A model generated the notes under the pieces. The model saw nothing but the letters and a program-made list of their open reading frames with translations, had not been told where the DNA came from and did no database searches. From assembly GCA_041746255.1 (NCBI GenBank), contig JBGTHM010000005.1:79025-143024 (forward strand): DNA of 64,000 nt, in the 5' to 3' direction. Source of the DNA: Fibrobacteria bacterium. GTDB taxonomy: Bacteria > Fibrobacterota > Fibrobacteria > UBA11236. Shown here piece after piece: positions 40,583 through 49,701 of this stretch. Positions within the stretch are counted from its first letter, which is position 1, and every line of letters starts with the position of its first letter. The translations under genes were made by a program, and so were the position numbers.

Positions 40583-42004
40583 CTATCCCGAAATGTACAT
40601 GGACTCTACCAGTATGTCCGGAACCTTGACCGAGGTAAAGGCTTCGGAATATTGATGTGAGAATCCCCGAATTGCCAGCAACAGGTCGAAGTAATTGGAA
40701 TTGAGAGTGACTTTGTCGATGGGACGAATCCGCCTACCCTGCTCGTAGAAAAAACCCTGCGCTCCGATGGAGATTTCGCCGGAAACCGCCGAGCAACCGG
40801 AACCGCCTTCAAGCTTGGTAACCAGGAAGCAACTGGGATAACTCCCAAGCAACTCATCCAACGTTTGGCTTCCCAGCGGTACGATGAAGTTGGCGAAGCC
40901 CGTGCCCGCTTTACCGGAATAACCCCGTGAGCCATTACCTGTGGGAGCATGTCCCGCTTTTTTGGCCGACTCCAGATTATAGAGATAGGTTTTCAATACC
41001 CCGTCCTTAACGACTTCCAAGGGGGAGGTAACCACGCCTTCTCCATCGAAGAGGTGCGATCCCGGCGCTCCGGGAATATGGGGATCGCTTATCAGGTGGA
41101 ATTCCGGGACGGCGATAGCCTGTCCCACCTTGCCCGCAAGCCGCGACTGTCCTTTTTGTACCACTTCCGCGAAATAGGGAGATGAGAACATGGAAAGGAT
41201 TTGCGGACTGATGCGGTTGGAAAAAACCACGGGATACCGTTCGGTTTCCAGGGGCTCCGCTCCCAAAAGCTCCACCGCCCGCTCCACGGCCTTGGCCGCC
41301 ATATAACCGGGGTCGAATACCGAGAAGGATCGGCCTCCGGTGGAATAGCTTCCCATTTTCTTGCTTTCGCCTTCTTTGGCGACGACGCCGATACCTCCGG
41401 ATACCACGTTGGACCGCGAACGGTAAAAAACTCCGTTGGAATTACGCACCATCGACATGCCCGACGATCGGCTTACGCCTAGATAGGGTATGTTTTCGAT
41501 ACGCGAATCGCCTTGTTTTGCCAGAGCCTCCAGTTCCAAACCCAAGGCCTTCATTTGATCCAAGGTCACCGATTCCAAATCGGGATTGAAGGATTGGAGA
41601 TCGATTTCCGGGAGTGGGCACGGAACCGGTAAATCGAGATCGAGAGGATCGGTCAAACGCGCATGGCTGATTGCGTCGCGAACCGTCTGCTCAATGGCCT
41701 CGCGCGACATTTTTTCGGTAAACGCGAAGCCGGGACGCCCACCCTTGAAAAGCCGTATGCCGATACCCCGTGAGTTGGAGATTTCCGTGGTTTTTACCTT
41801 GGATTCGAAAAGCTCCAAGCCCATGGCTTCGGATTCGCCGGCCACTGCGTCGTATTTATCGGCGCCTTGGCGTGCAGCCTCTTCGCAAATGAATTCGAGT
41901 GCTTGTTCGGGAGTGAATCCCTTTTGCCTCGAATCACCATTACTTGCATCGCCTTTAGCTTTCGCGGCCGCTTCGCCACCCGCGGTATTTCCCCTGGCGC
42001 TCAT
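40583..42004 (-). CDS. pmbA: PmbA/TldE protease subunit
   Basis: GIGIRL, FDGEG, TGNG, SGEIS; lacks HExxH. Confidence 0.9.
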   Translation of the reverse strand: MSARGNTAGGEAAAKAKGDASNGDSRQKGFTPEQALEFICEEAARQGADKYDAVAGESEAMGLELFESKVKTTEISNSRGIGIRLFKGGRPGFAFTEKMSREAIEQTVRDAISHARLTDPLDLDLPVPCPLPEIDLQSFNPDLESVTLDQMKALGLELEALAKQGDSRIENIPYLGVSRSSGMSMVRNSNGVFYRSRSNVVSGGIGVVAKEGESKKMGSYSTGGRSFSVFDPGYMAAKAVERAVELLGAEPLETERYPVVFSNRISPQILSMFSSPYFAEVVQKGQSRLAGKVGQAIAVPEFHLISDPHIPGAPGSHLFDGEGVVTSPLEVVKDGVLKTYLYNLESAKKAGHAPTGNGSRGYSGKAGTGFANFIVPLGSQTLDELLGSYPSCFLVTKLEGGSGCSAVSGEISIGAQGFFYEQGRRIRPIDKVTLNSNYFDLLLAIRGFSHQYSEAFTSVKVPDILVESMYISG

Positions 42005-43386
42005 CTTCCCCCCACCAGAATGCTATCCACCTTGATGGTGGGTTGCCCCACCGTAACCGGGACGGAACCCGATGAGGCGCCGCACATGCCTGCGGCCAGT
42101 TCCAAATCGTCGCCCACCATCGAGATGAGGGGAAGAATGTCCGCTCCCTTGCCTATCAGCGTGGCCCCGCGCACCGGATCGGAAATCTTACCGTTTTTGA
42201 TAAGATAAGCCTCCTCCACGGAAAAGTTGAACTCCCCCGTGGCGGGATTCACCGAACCCCCACCCATTTTTTTGGCGTAGAGACCGTCGGTTACGCTCGC
42301 CAGCATTTGCGCCACCGTATGCTCGCCTTTGTCGATATAGGTGTTGCGCATGCGCGATACGGGCGCGTATTGGTAGGACTCGCGGCGCGCGCTGCCGGTT
42401 AATCCCATTCCGGTATCCTTCGCTCCTACCCTATCGGACAGGTAACTTTGCAATTTCCCGTTTTTAATGAGCACGGTACGTTGCGCCGGGTTGCCTTCGT
42501 CGTCCACGTTGATGGACCCCCACGAATTGGCGATGGTGCCGTCGTCGACGGCCGTCACCGCGCTATGGGCTATCATTTCATTCATTTTGCCTACGAAGGG
42601 AGAGGCCTTGCGGCGAATGGCCTCGGTTTCCAACAAATGGCCGCAGGCCTCGTGAAAAATAACTCCGCCGAAACCGTTGCCCATGATGACCGGCATCTTT
42701 CCGCCCTTGACATAGCCCGCGGCCAGCATGAGTATGGCCCGCTCCGCTGCGCTGCGGGCATAGCCCGCAACATCGAGGGTGTCGAAGAATTCGAAGCCGC
42801 GCATCGCTCCCGGCGCTTCGGTGGCCACGAAAATCTCCCCCTTGTCCTCGGCCGACACGCTCACGGAAAAACGGCAGCGCGTGCGCGCATCCTCAGTCCA
42901 AAGCCCATCGCTGTTGCAAATGAGAATGGTGCTGGTCACGTCGGCCGCGCGCGCGGATACTTGTACGATTTTCGGGGAAAATGCCCGCGCGGTTTCGTCG
43001 GCGGTTTTCACCAAAGCCAGCTTGTCGTCCTGCCCCAGCTTGCGCGGATCGCGGGAGATGATGTGGTTGTTTGCAAAAACCTTGCCTACCAGTTTGGTGG
43101 TCGGCTCGGACGAATCGGATACGAGAATGCCCCGGCTGCGCGCCAGATTATCGATGAGCCGGATGATATGGCTCTCGTCCTCATTGCTGGTATGGGCGTA
43201 TAGGACTTCCGTTCCATAAACAAGGCGGATACCCAGGCCATAATCGGTGCCGGCGGTAACCGATTCCACCCGCCTATCACGATAGGAGAGGGAAGCGTGA
43301 CGGGTTTCCTCCTCATAGATTTCCACGAAATCCGCATTTCTGTCCAATCCCGCCTGGAGAATCCTCCCCGCTTTCAGCTTATCCAT
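42001..43386 (-). CDS. tldD: TldD metalloprotease
   Basis: FHEACGH, DDEG, RMRNT, CG..SG.VPV..GQP. Confidence 0.95.
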   Translation of the reverse strand: MDKLKAGRILQAGLDRNADFVEIYEEETRHASLSYRDRRVESVTAGTDYGLGIRLVYGTEVLYAHTSNEDESHIIRLIDNLARSRGILVSDSSEPTTKLVGKVFANNHIISRDPRKLGQDDKLALVKTADETARAFSPKIVQVSARAADVTSTILICNSDGLWTEDARTRCRFSVSVSAEDKGEIFVATEAPGAMRGFEFFDTLDVAGYARSAAERAILMLAAGYVKGGKMPVIMGNGFGGVIFHEACGHLLETEAIRRKASPFVGKMNEMIAHSAVTAVDDGTIANSWGSINVDDEGNPAQRTVLIKNGKLQSYLSDRVGAKDTGMGLTGSARRESYQYAPVSRMRNTYIDKGEHTVAQMLASVTDGLYAKKMGGGSVNPATGEFNFSVEEAYLIKNGKISDPVRGATLIGKGADILPLISMVGDDLELAAGMCGASSGSVPVTVGQPTIKVDSILVGGR

Positions 43387-43445
43387 ATCGGCAATCCCTT
43401 ATAATGCGCCCGGTTAAGGCCCCTTTAATGGGTAGTATAACAATA

Positions 43446-44726
43446 TCAATTGCGGGAAGGCGCTTTTCGATCCAACCACGCGAGTAACCCCAGCAGAGGA
43501 AACATCAACGCAGGTAATAGAATCGCTGCCCTGAAAGTGGTCCGTGCGGCCGACTCCAAAACCGCCTGCATTTTATCCCCGGATAGCGCTAAAGCGGCTT
43601 CTGCTCCTCCCGCAGCCTCGATAGTCGCCATATCGTAGACGCGGCCCATCCAGGGGACGGCGAAGAAAATCGCAATCAGGCCGACCATACCCAGCATGGA
43701 CATTGCCAGAGTGACGCTACGGGGAAAACGATCTGCCGCACAGGCGATGATGGTAGGCCAAAGGAGACTGACACCGGCGCCCCATAACCCAGCCCCTAAA
43801 AACCCGTACCCAGGCGAATTCGCCTCGCTAAGCACCGCTAGCCCCAATACCGCGAGGAAAGTCGACGCTGCGAGCAAGGCCATCGGGTGTATTCCACGCA
43901 CCACTCCTGCGCCTAGCCTGGCAAGGGTCATGACCACACCGGTAAAAACCAGCAGCCAAATGCCCCTTATTCCCGCGGAATTGCTGAGGACCAAATCCAT
44001 CCACTGACCGGGCGCGATTTCCGCCGCTCCCGCGAAAAAAATGAGTAATGCCCAGAGAAAAAAGGCCGGCGTGACGAGCTCCCGCCAACGGGCGCGGTGG
44101 GTTCGTTTATCCGTATGCTCGGCCATGGGAATAAACGCCATTCGACGGATCCACAACGACAACAATAAAGGCAGTGCCATGGTGGTGATGAGCTGTGCCT
44201 TCCAGTCCATGCCCGAATTCTGCAATACTACCGCCACCACACCTCCCACCACCAGCCCCATCGGCCAGGATGCATGCAGTAAGTTGATACGTTGTGCGCG
44301 GGCCTTGGGATAAAGTTCGGCTATTAGGGGGTTGATGGCGGATTCAATAATCCCGTTTGACCACCCGATTAGAAACATTCCCATCCACACCGCAATGAAG
44401 ACACCCCAACCTTCCGCAAACACATCCGCTCCCAAAATCAAAAAGACTCCCACGACCATAATCGCTATCCCACCTTGAAAGGCCCGGCGGTATCCGATTG
44501 CGGGGAGGAAAGCGCCTGCCAAGGGGAAACAGAAAACCATGCCCAAAGCGCCGGCCGCCAATACTGAACCCAACAATTCCGTGGCTCGCAATGCCGAAAT
44601 GGGCTCGAATAGCTCTACTTTCAAAGGCAGCGCTATGGCACTTATGAGACTGAAGCGATAAGCGGTGGCGGCCAGCATGAGCATGGCCATAATGAGTAAG
44701 GATACGCCGTGGGGCTTAGAACGCAT
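43446..44726 (-). CDS. MFS transporter
   Basis: About 12 TM helices; NPLIAELYP, NLLHASWP, WPT. Confidence 0.88.
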   Translation of the reverse strand: MRSKPHGVSLLIMAMLMLAATAYRFSLISAIALPLKVELFEPISALRATELLGSVLAAGALGMVFCFPLAGAFLPAIGYRRAFQGGIAIMVVGVFLILGADVFAEGWGVFIAVWMGMFLIGWSNGIIESAINPLIAELYPKARAQRINLLHASWPMGLVVGGVVAVVLQNSGMDWKAQLITTMALPLLLSLWIRRMAFIPMAEHTDKRTHRARWRELVTPAFFLWALLIFFAGAAEIAPGQWMDLVLSNSAGIRGIWLLVFTGVVMTLARLGAGVVRGIHPMALLAASTFLAVLGLAVLSEANSPGYGFLGAGLWGAGVSLLWPTIIACAADRFPRSVTLAMSMLGMVGLIAIFFAVPWMGRVYDMATIEAAGGAEAALALSGDKMQAVLESAARTTFRAAILLPALMFPLLGLLAWLDRKAPSRN

Positions 44727-44771
44727 GCCGGGAATAATCGACAATTATTCCCGTCCGTGCAAGGTTCTGAT

Positions 44772-45266
44772 TTAATCGGGCTTGGGGGCGTCGGGGAACA
44801 GCGAGTCGATTTGATCGGCCAATTGCTGCCCATGGGTGACGTCGGGCATCATGTCTTCCATCTCGTTTTCCCTGACCATTTGCAGGGCTTCTCCCAATTT
44901 AACCTTGGCTTGACCCGCCACCATTTTGACCAGGCCGAGATTGGTACGATCATCAAATATCAGTACCATGATCACATCTTCATCGACAAGCGATATGTGA
45001 ATATTCTCCTTTTCCCCTTGATGGAACATCATGGAGAACTCCGACTCGCCGATAAGGGCCGCGATAGCCTTGGTGGACGCGAAGGTTCCCGCGGCCAAAG
45101 CGGCCAAGCTGGTCACGTCGAAACGGGGATTGAAACCGACCTGGGCGATGAGGTTTCCGTCCTTGTTGATGAGCAACACATAGCTGGAGGCGCTCTCGGT
45201 GATGAGATGGGAAAGGATCTTATTCAGCCTTTCCACGTCCTCCTTGAAGAGTACGAAATCTCCCAT
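44772..45266 (-). CDS. mglB: MglB-type Roadblock/LC7 GTPase-activating protein
   Basis: LINKDG, SLAALAAG, LIGESEF..MFHQG, FDDRTNLGLV; acidic C-terminal QIDSLF. Confidence 0.92.
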   Translation of the reverse strand: MGDFVLFKEDVERLNKILSHLITESASSYVLLINKDGNLIAQVGFNPRFDVTSLAALAAGTFASTKAIAALIGESEFSMMFHQGEKENIHISLVDEDVIMVLIFDDRTNLGLVKMVAGQAKVKLGEALQMVRENEMEDMMPDVTHGQQLADQIDSLFPDAPKPD

Positions 45267-45269
45267 CGC

Positions 45270-46991
45270 CTATTTCTCTTTTCCGAACAGCCCGCCGAAC
45301 AGGCCCTTCTTCTTTTCGGAAGGAAGGGGGATGCGGCGCGTCTTGAAATCTCCCTGGCGTTGGTCTTCGTAGGTCGACACGATGCCGCTTTGATCGGATC
45401 GCGGTGGGGGCTGAATAAAAGGAGAGGGTCGCGGCTGCTGTTCCGGCGGGGGATAATTCCCCTGCTGACCGCCGCCTGGACCGAATGGATTGGGATTGTC
45501 CTGCCGATTTTGCGGATTACCCTGCCCGGGTTGGGGACTGCCGAATGGAGACGGATTGAACCCGGCATTGTTTTGACGATCCATGGTCGGTAAGGCAGGG
45601 CCTCCCGGTCCGGCCGGGGGAAATTTTGGAGGAAACCCTCCCGGGCCAGGGCCAGGGGGTTGACCGCCGGGGGATCCAAAAGGCGAGCCCTGCGGGGCTT
45701 GCGGTGGATACGGCCGTTGCGGTGCGGAACCTCCGAAGGGATTTTGCGGTGGCGAACCAAAGCCTCCCTGTTGCGGGGGAGAACCGAATCCTCCCTGTTG
45801 CGGCTGGGACCCGAACCCGCCTTGTTGGGGTGCGGAACCGAAACCATCTTGCTGCGGTGCGGAACCGAATCCGCCTGTTTGCGGTGGAGATCCGAAACCT
45901 CCCGGGGGACCTCCCGGAGCCGGACGCGGAGGCATGCCACCCGATCCGCCTGGATTGCCAAATCCTTCTACGAAGGGGGCGACGGGAATATTCGGATTCT
46001 GCCCGGAAAACCCTCCCGGCGGAGCAGGGGGTCGATTTCCCATTCCCGGATTCAAAAACGGTGAACCGGGCTGTGGCGGCGGAGCTGCGAAGGGATTGGA
46101 GGCCGGTTGCTGGCCACCGGGGGAACCGGAATGCCCCCCTTGGAGAAAGGGATTGGGCGACTGTTGCGAAGCGGGCTTAGGGGGTGCAGGAAAGCCGCTG
46201 TTTTGGGCAAAACCACCCTGGGCGGGAGCGCCGAATCCCGCTTGTCCCGGAAAAGATTGGCCGCCTTGCTGCGGAAAACCGGATTGCGGCGGCATGGCCT
46301 GCGGAGCCGGCCTGGCCGGTGGACTTTGTGGTGCGGAGGTTGGCGCCGGACGGCTTTGTCCCGGGCGCATTGCCGGTGGACGGCGGGTTCCGCCCTGGTA
46401 TCCCGCGTACTTGGCGTTGAACCTGTCTATGACGGACTTGCCGATGGCTTTCAAAGTCGTGAAGACGCCGACACCCGTTGAAGCCACCGCTTCGAAGTAA
46501 GGCGATTGGTATTTGTTCAGAAAACTGCTGAGTTCCTCCACCGACATCACGTTAGGCAAATCACGCTTGTTGAACTGCAATACCATGGGAATAGTATCGA
46601 GAGAGTGACCGTATTCCCGAAGGTTCTCCTCAAGATTGGCGAAACTTTCCAGGTTCTCCTGCAGCTTATCGGCTTGCGAATCCGCAACGAACACCACTCC
46701 ATCCACACCGCGCAGCACCAATTTGCGTGTGGCATTGTAATAAACCTGTCCTGGTACGGTATAGAGCTGGAATTTGGTGGAAAAGCCTTTGATGGAACCC
46801 AGATCAAGGGGGAGGAAATCGAAAAACAGGGTGCGATCGGTTTCCGTTGCGAGCGATACCATTTCGCTCTTTTCCTTGTTGGGAACCTTACGGTGGATGA
46901 TCTGCAGATTGGTGGTCTTCCCGCTTAAACCGGGCCCATAATAGACAATCTTGCAGCTTATTTCTCGGGTAGCGTAATTAATCGATGCCAC
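45270..46991 (-). CDS. mglA: MglA small GTPase with long low-complexity C-terminal extension
   Basis: KIVYYGPGLSGKTTN, TETDRTLFFDFLP, YTVPGQV, NKRD; then ~370 aa P/G/Q/F-rich sequence and KKKGLFGGLFGKEK. Confidence 0.95.
   Translation of the reverse strand: MASINYATREISCKIVYYGPGLSGKTTNLQIIHRKVPNKEKSEMVSLATETDRTLFFDFLPLDLGSIKGFSTKFQLYTVPGQVYYNATRKLVLRGVDGVVFVADSQADKLQENLESFANLEENLREYGHSLDTIPMVLQFNKRDLPNVMSVEELSSFLNKYQSPYFEAVASTGVGVFTTLKAIGKSVIDRFNAKYAGYQGGTRRPPAMRPGQSRPAPTSAPQSPPARPAPQAMPPQSGFPQQGGQSFPGQAGFGAPAQGGFAQNSGFPAPPKPASQQSPNPFLQGGHSGSPGGQQPASNPFAAPPPQPGSPFLNPGMGNRPPAPPGGFSGQNPNIPVAPFVEGFGNPGGSGGMPPRPAPGGPPGGFGSPPQTGGFGSAPQQDGFGSAPQQGGFGSQPQQGGFGSPPQQGGFGSPPQNPFGGSAPQRPYPPQAPQGSPFGSPGGQPPGPGPGGFPPKFPPAGPGGPALPTMDRQNNAGFNPSPFGSPQPGQGNPQNRQDNPNPFGPGGGQQGNYPPPEQQPRPSPFIQPPPRSDQSGIVSTYEDQRQGDFKTRRIPLPSEKKKGLFGGLFGKEK
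45744..45902 (-). repeat. Six 27-bp tandem coding repeats (GGFGSxPQQ)
   Basis: Imperfect 27-nt period; DNA differences are mostly synonymous. Confidence 0.9.
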
Positions 46992-47019
46992 AGCGTTATA
47001 CCTCGTTTGCCAAATGCAA

Positions 47020-47355
47020 TTATTTGATTAGCGGCGCTACCTGCGCGATTTCGACACGTATCAATCCGGTATTAGCCTGACTTTCGGCCATTACCACCAG
47101 ATACCCCAATTCCACGGCCTGTACAAAAAACTTTCCCTCGCTCGCTTCGATCATGGTCTGGATGAGTTTCCCCGATTGGGAGGCCGCGATTATCTTATCG
47201 GCCATTTGTTGCGCCGAAACGATGAGCGCACCAATAAACTCCGAGGGAACGGGAGTTCGGAACAGGGAGACGATTTCTATCCCGTCCGCGCTTACCACGC
47301 TCGAACCCCTGATTCCCTTTATCTGATTAAGTCTTTCTAATATACTTGATATCAT
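47020..47355 (-). CDS. Roadblock/LC7 protein (MglC-like)
   Basis: GIRGSSVVSADG, G.L.Q..IE...G, ANTGLIR. Confidence 0.88.
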   Translation of the reverse strand: MISSILERLNQIKGIRGSSVVSADGIEIVSLFRTPVPSEFIGALIVSAQQMADKIIAASQSGKLIQTMIEASEGKFFVQAVELGYLVVMAESQANTGLIRVEIAQVAPLIK

Positions 47356-47361
47356 CGGATT

Positions 47362-47793
47362 TCAGCCTTTGGCATATCCCTTCGCCTGCAGAAGTTGCGC
47401 GACAGCCTGTGCGCCGCGCTCGATTCTCAACTTAAATAATTCATAGCTACCTTTTGTCCCCGCAATCATGAGAAAAAAGCGGCAGCCTGCATCCAAATTT
47501 ATGATCTGGTAGAACTTATTATCGCTAAATACGATCTGACTTTCCAGGGCTCCGAACCCTAAGTCCTTGAATTGCCTCAAATTGGCCAGATAGCGGTCTA
47601 AAAAATAGGGCGATTCAATGAGCATGCTTTCCTGCGTATTCTCTCCCATGGCAACCACCAAGCATTCCTGGCTGTACACCACGGCCCCGTCCATGCCGTT
47701 TACCAGGCTTAAATAGCCCAGACAGGTATCCAGATCGTGGGAGTCGACCATATTGGCCGCTCCCCCGGTAGCGGGTGAATTCGGATTAGACAT
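47362..47793 (-). CDS. Divergent Roadblock/LC7-like protein
   Basis: VNGMDGAVVYSQECLVV, LGFGALES, FLMIAG; alpha-beta-beta-alpha-beta-beta-beta-alpha pattern. Confidence 0.65.
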   Translation of the reverse strand: MSNPNSPATGGAANMVDSHDLDTCLGYLSLVNGMDGAVVYSQECLVVAMGENTQESMLIESPYFLDRYLANLRQFKDLGFGALESQIVFSDNKFYQIINLDAGCRFFLMIAGTKGSYELFKLRIERGAQAVAQLLQAKGYAKG

Positions 47794-48643
47794 GGGAAGA
47801 TTCCGTTCCGGGAAGGGAGGTAGCTGCCTGGGTGCGCTCACGAAAGATTTTTTCCAGTCGCACGAGCGAAAGCTGCGCTTTTTGCAGATTCTCGGATATC
47901 AAAGCAACGCCATACTCTCCCCGGAACAAGCTGAAAAGCGTGAAACGTTCGAATTGCAAGACAATCCGATGAATGCCTCCGCCTTCCAAGTCCCACACCG
48001 CGGTGGATAAATCACCGGGTAAAATTTTATCCAGAACGTCAATCAATCCGTCAAGGTTTTCAGAAATACCGGCCTTCCGCCTGACCCCCGTTTTCTGGTT
48101 CCAACCGAAAAATTCCAGCGTTCCGGCCTCGTCCAAAAGCTGTCGGTACGCTTCGGGATCCAGCGGATCTTCCGAGGAGTGGGATGGCCCCTTGTCCAAG
48201 GCGTCGACAGGATTTTCCGTAGGCGAAGCGGCCGGGGAGATTACTTCAGAAACAGCGGAAGGGGTAGCGGGGGCAGCCTCCGAACGCGAGTTTTGATACT
48301 CCTCCCAAATCACCGCCTGTAACAAAGAGAGGTAACTGGCTTGATTCGGGTCGACTCTAAGCCGATGTAACAGCTGCTCTTTGGGTTCGTCGTACCGGCC
48401 CGACCGGGTTTGCATGAAAACTTCCATGCAGAACAATACCTCTTGCATTCCGGGTTCGGTTCGGGTCGGCAAGCCCGCCAATACGTGACGCGCCAAATCG
48501 ATTTGGCCCGATTTAATCTGGGTATAGGCGTAAGCGAGAGTGCTGGAGGCCTGCAACCGGTTGCGGCAAACGGGGTTGTCATAGACGGTTTCGGCGACGG
48601 TCGCAACGCGGACCGCGGATATTCCCGGTTCCTTTACAGTCAT
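47786..48643 (-). CDS. TPR-like N-terminus, linker and divergent Roadblock-like C-terminus
   Basis: Helical repeats ending RVDPNQ; Pro/Ser/Ala linker; LEGGGIHRIVLQFE...GVALIS strand pattern. Confidence 0.6.
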   Translation of the reverse strand: MTVKEPGISAVRVATVAETVYDNPVCRNRLQASSTLAYAYTQIKSGQIDLARHVLAGLPTRTEPGMQEVLFCMEVFMQTRSGRYDEPKEQLLHRLRVDPNQASYLSLLQAVIWEEYQNSRSEAAPATPSAVSEVISPAASPTENPVDALDKGPSHSSEDPLDPEAYRQLLDEAGTLEFFGWNQKTGVRRKAGISENLDGLIDVLDKILPGDLSTAVWDLEGGGIHRIVLQFERFTLFSLFRGEYGVALISENLQKAQLSLVRLEKIFRERTQAATSLPGTESSHV

Positions 48644-49701
48644 TTTATCGTGAATTCTCCCGTCTCATACTTCTCATAGACAAAGTACCTTCCCCCGCGC
48701 TTTTTAAGTTCTTCTCTTGTCAATATTTTTTCCTTTTCCATTTCCAGCAAATCTTCGGGAAGCCTATCCCGCCGGGCCGCGAAATCGACCACGAATATTT
48801 CCACGTTTTCGGCCTGCAACCGCTGATGGATAACGGCCGAGTAATCCCCCGCTCCATCAGTGGCCAGAAAGCTCATGGCCGCGAATCGGAAAAGCAAAGT
48901 CATCAGAAAAATAAGCGCCGCGGTACCCAGTAGCAGCGCGGTTTTCTGATCTTTTTCGGATTGGACCGAAACCGGCAGTTTGGTTTCGTTTCCGGGCAGC
49001 GGCGCGTCCTCTGCCAGGATATGCCCGCTGTTCCACAACTGGGCGAGTATCTCATAGAGCCGGAAAGATCCGAAGGGGAGTTCCTTTTCCAATTTCAGCA
49101 AATTCTTTTCGCCGTCCAGAATCTCAAGCACCCATTGTTCATAGCCCGTGACTTCCGATTCGAGCGGCCTGCCCGTTGGCTTGAACACCATTTCTTCATG
49201 AGGCAGAATTTCCTTCAGCCGACCCCATTCATCAATGCGCCGCATTCCCTCCATGCAAGCGAAGTCGGTGGAAATATGCAAGGGCGCGCCCGGAGTCGCT
49301 TTTTGCTGGGCATCGAAGGCGTATTCTCCATCGGTCCAAGCGAACAGGTCGCAGACCATGTCCTCGGCGGCAGTCGAGAGCCAGGATTCCTTTTCCTCCT
49401 CGCTGAAATACCCTTTGGCCGAGAGTGTCGCCATCAAGGAACGGTTCATGCTTTCGGACAATTCACGCATTTGCAGAAAGTCCTTACGCTCAATACGCCC
49501 CGACTCCACCAACATATCCTGGATTTTGGTTTCGGGAGTTTTGTTGCCGACACGTACTCCTGTCACGTTACCTTGAGAAATAAAGATTTCAGCTTTCTCG
49601 CGGTTGCGACTCAGTCTAAGCACGCCGGACTTCCGCTGTTGCATCAGCAATTGCAGAATGTCCGGCAAGGAGAAATCGTCCAATCCTCCAGCCAGAATCA
49701 T
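48640..49701 (-). CDS. DUF4388 (PatA N-terminal-like) membrane-anchored protein
   Basis: GGLDDFSLPDILQLL..QRKSGVL, LFAWTDGEYAF, MEGMRRIDEW; one TM near the C-terminus. Confidence 0.88.
   Translation of the reverse strand: MILAGGLDDFSLPDILQLLMQQRKSGVLRLSRNREKAEIFISQGNVTGVRVGNKTPETKIQDMLVESGRIERKDFLQMRELSESMNRSLMATLSAKGYFSEEEKESWLSTAAEDMVCDLFAWTDGEYAFDAQQKATPGAPLHISTDFACMEGMRRIDEWGRLKEILPHEEMVFKPTGRPLESEVTGYEQWVLEILDGEKNLLKLEKELPFGSFRLYEILAQLWNSGHILAEDAPLPGNETKLPVSVQSEKDQKTALLLGTAALIFLMTLLFRFAAMSFLATDGAGDYSAVIHQRLQAENVEIFVVDFAARRDRLPEDLLEMEKEKILTREELKKRGGRYFVYEKYETGEFTIK

Noticed and set aside
44709..45593. 294-aa plus-strand ORF, and similar long antisense ORFs over tyrA, the DUF4388 gene, the NtrC-family gene and folC
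   Set aside because: Each lies opposite a well-supported gene and has no recognisable motifs.
45744..45902. 27-bp repeats as a CRISPR array
   Set aside because: No spacers, in-frame coding, synonymous divergence, and no cas genes in the window.
45224..46500. Several alternative-frame and antisense ORFs in the MglA tail
   Set aside because: By-products of GC-rich low-complexity coding sequence that is poor in stop codons.
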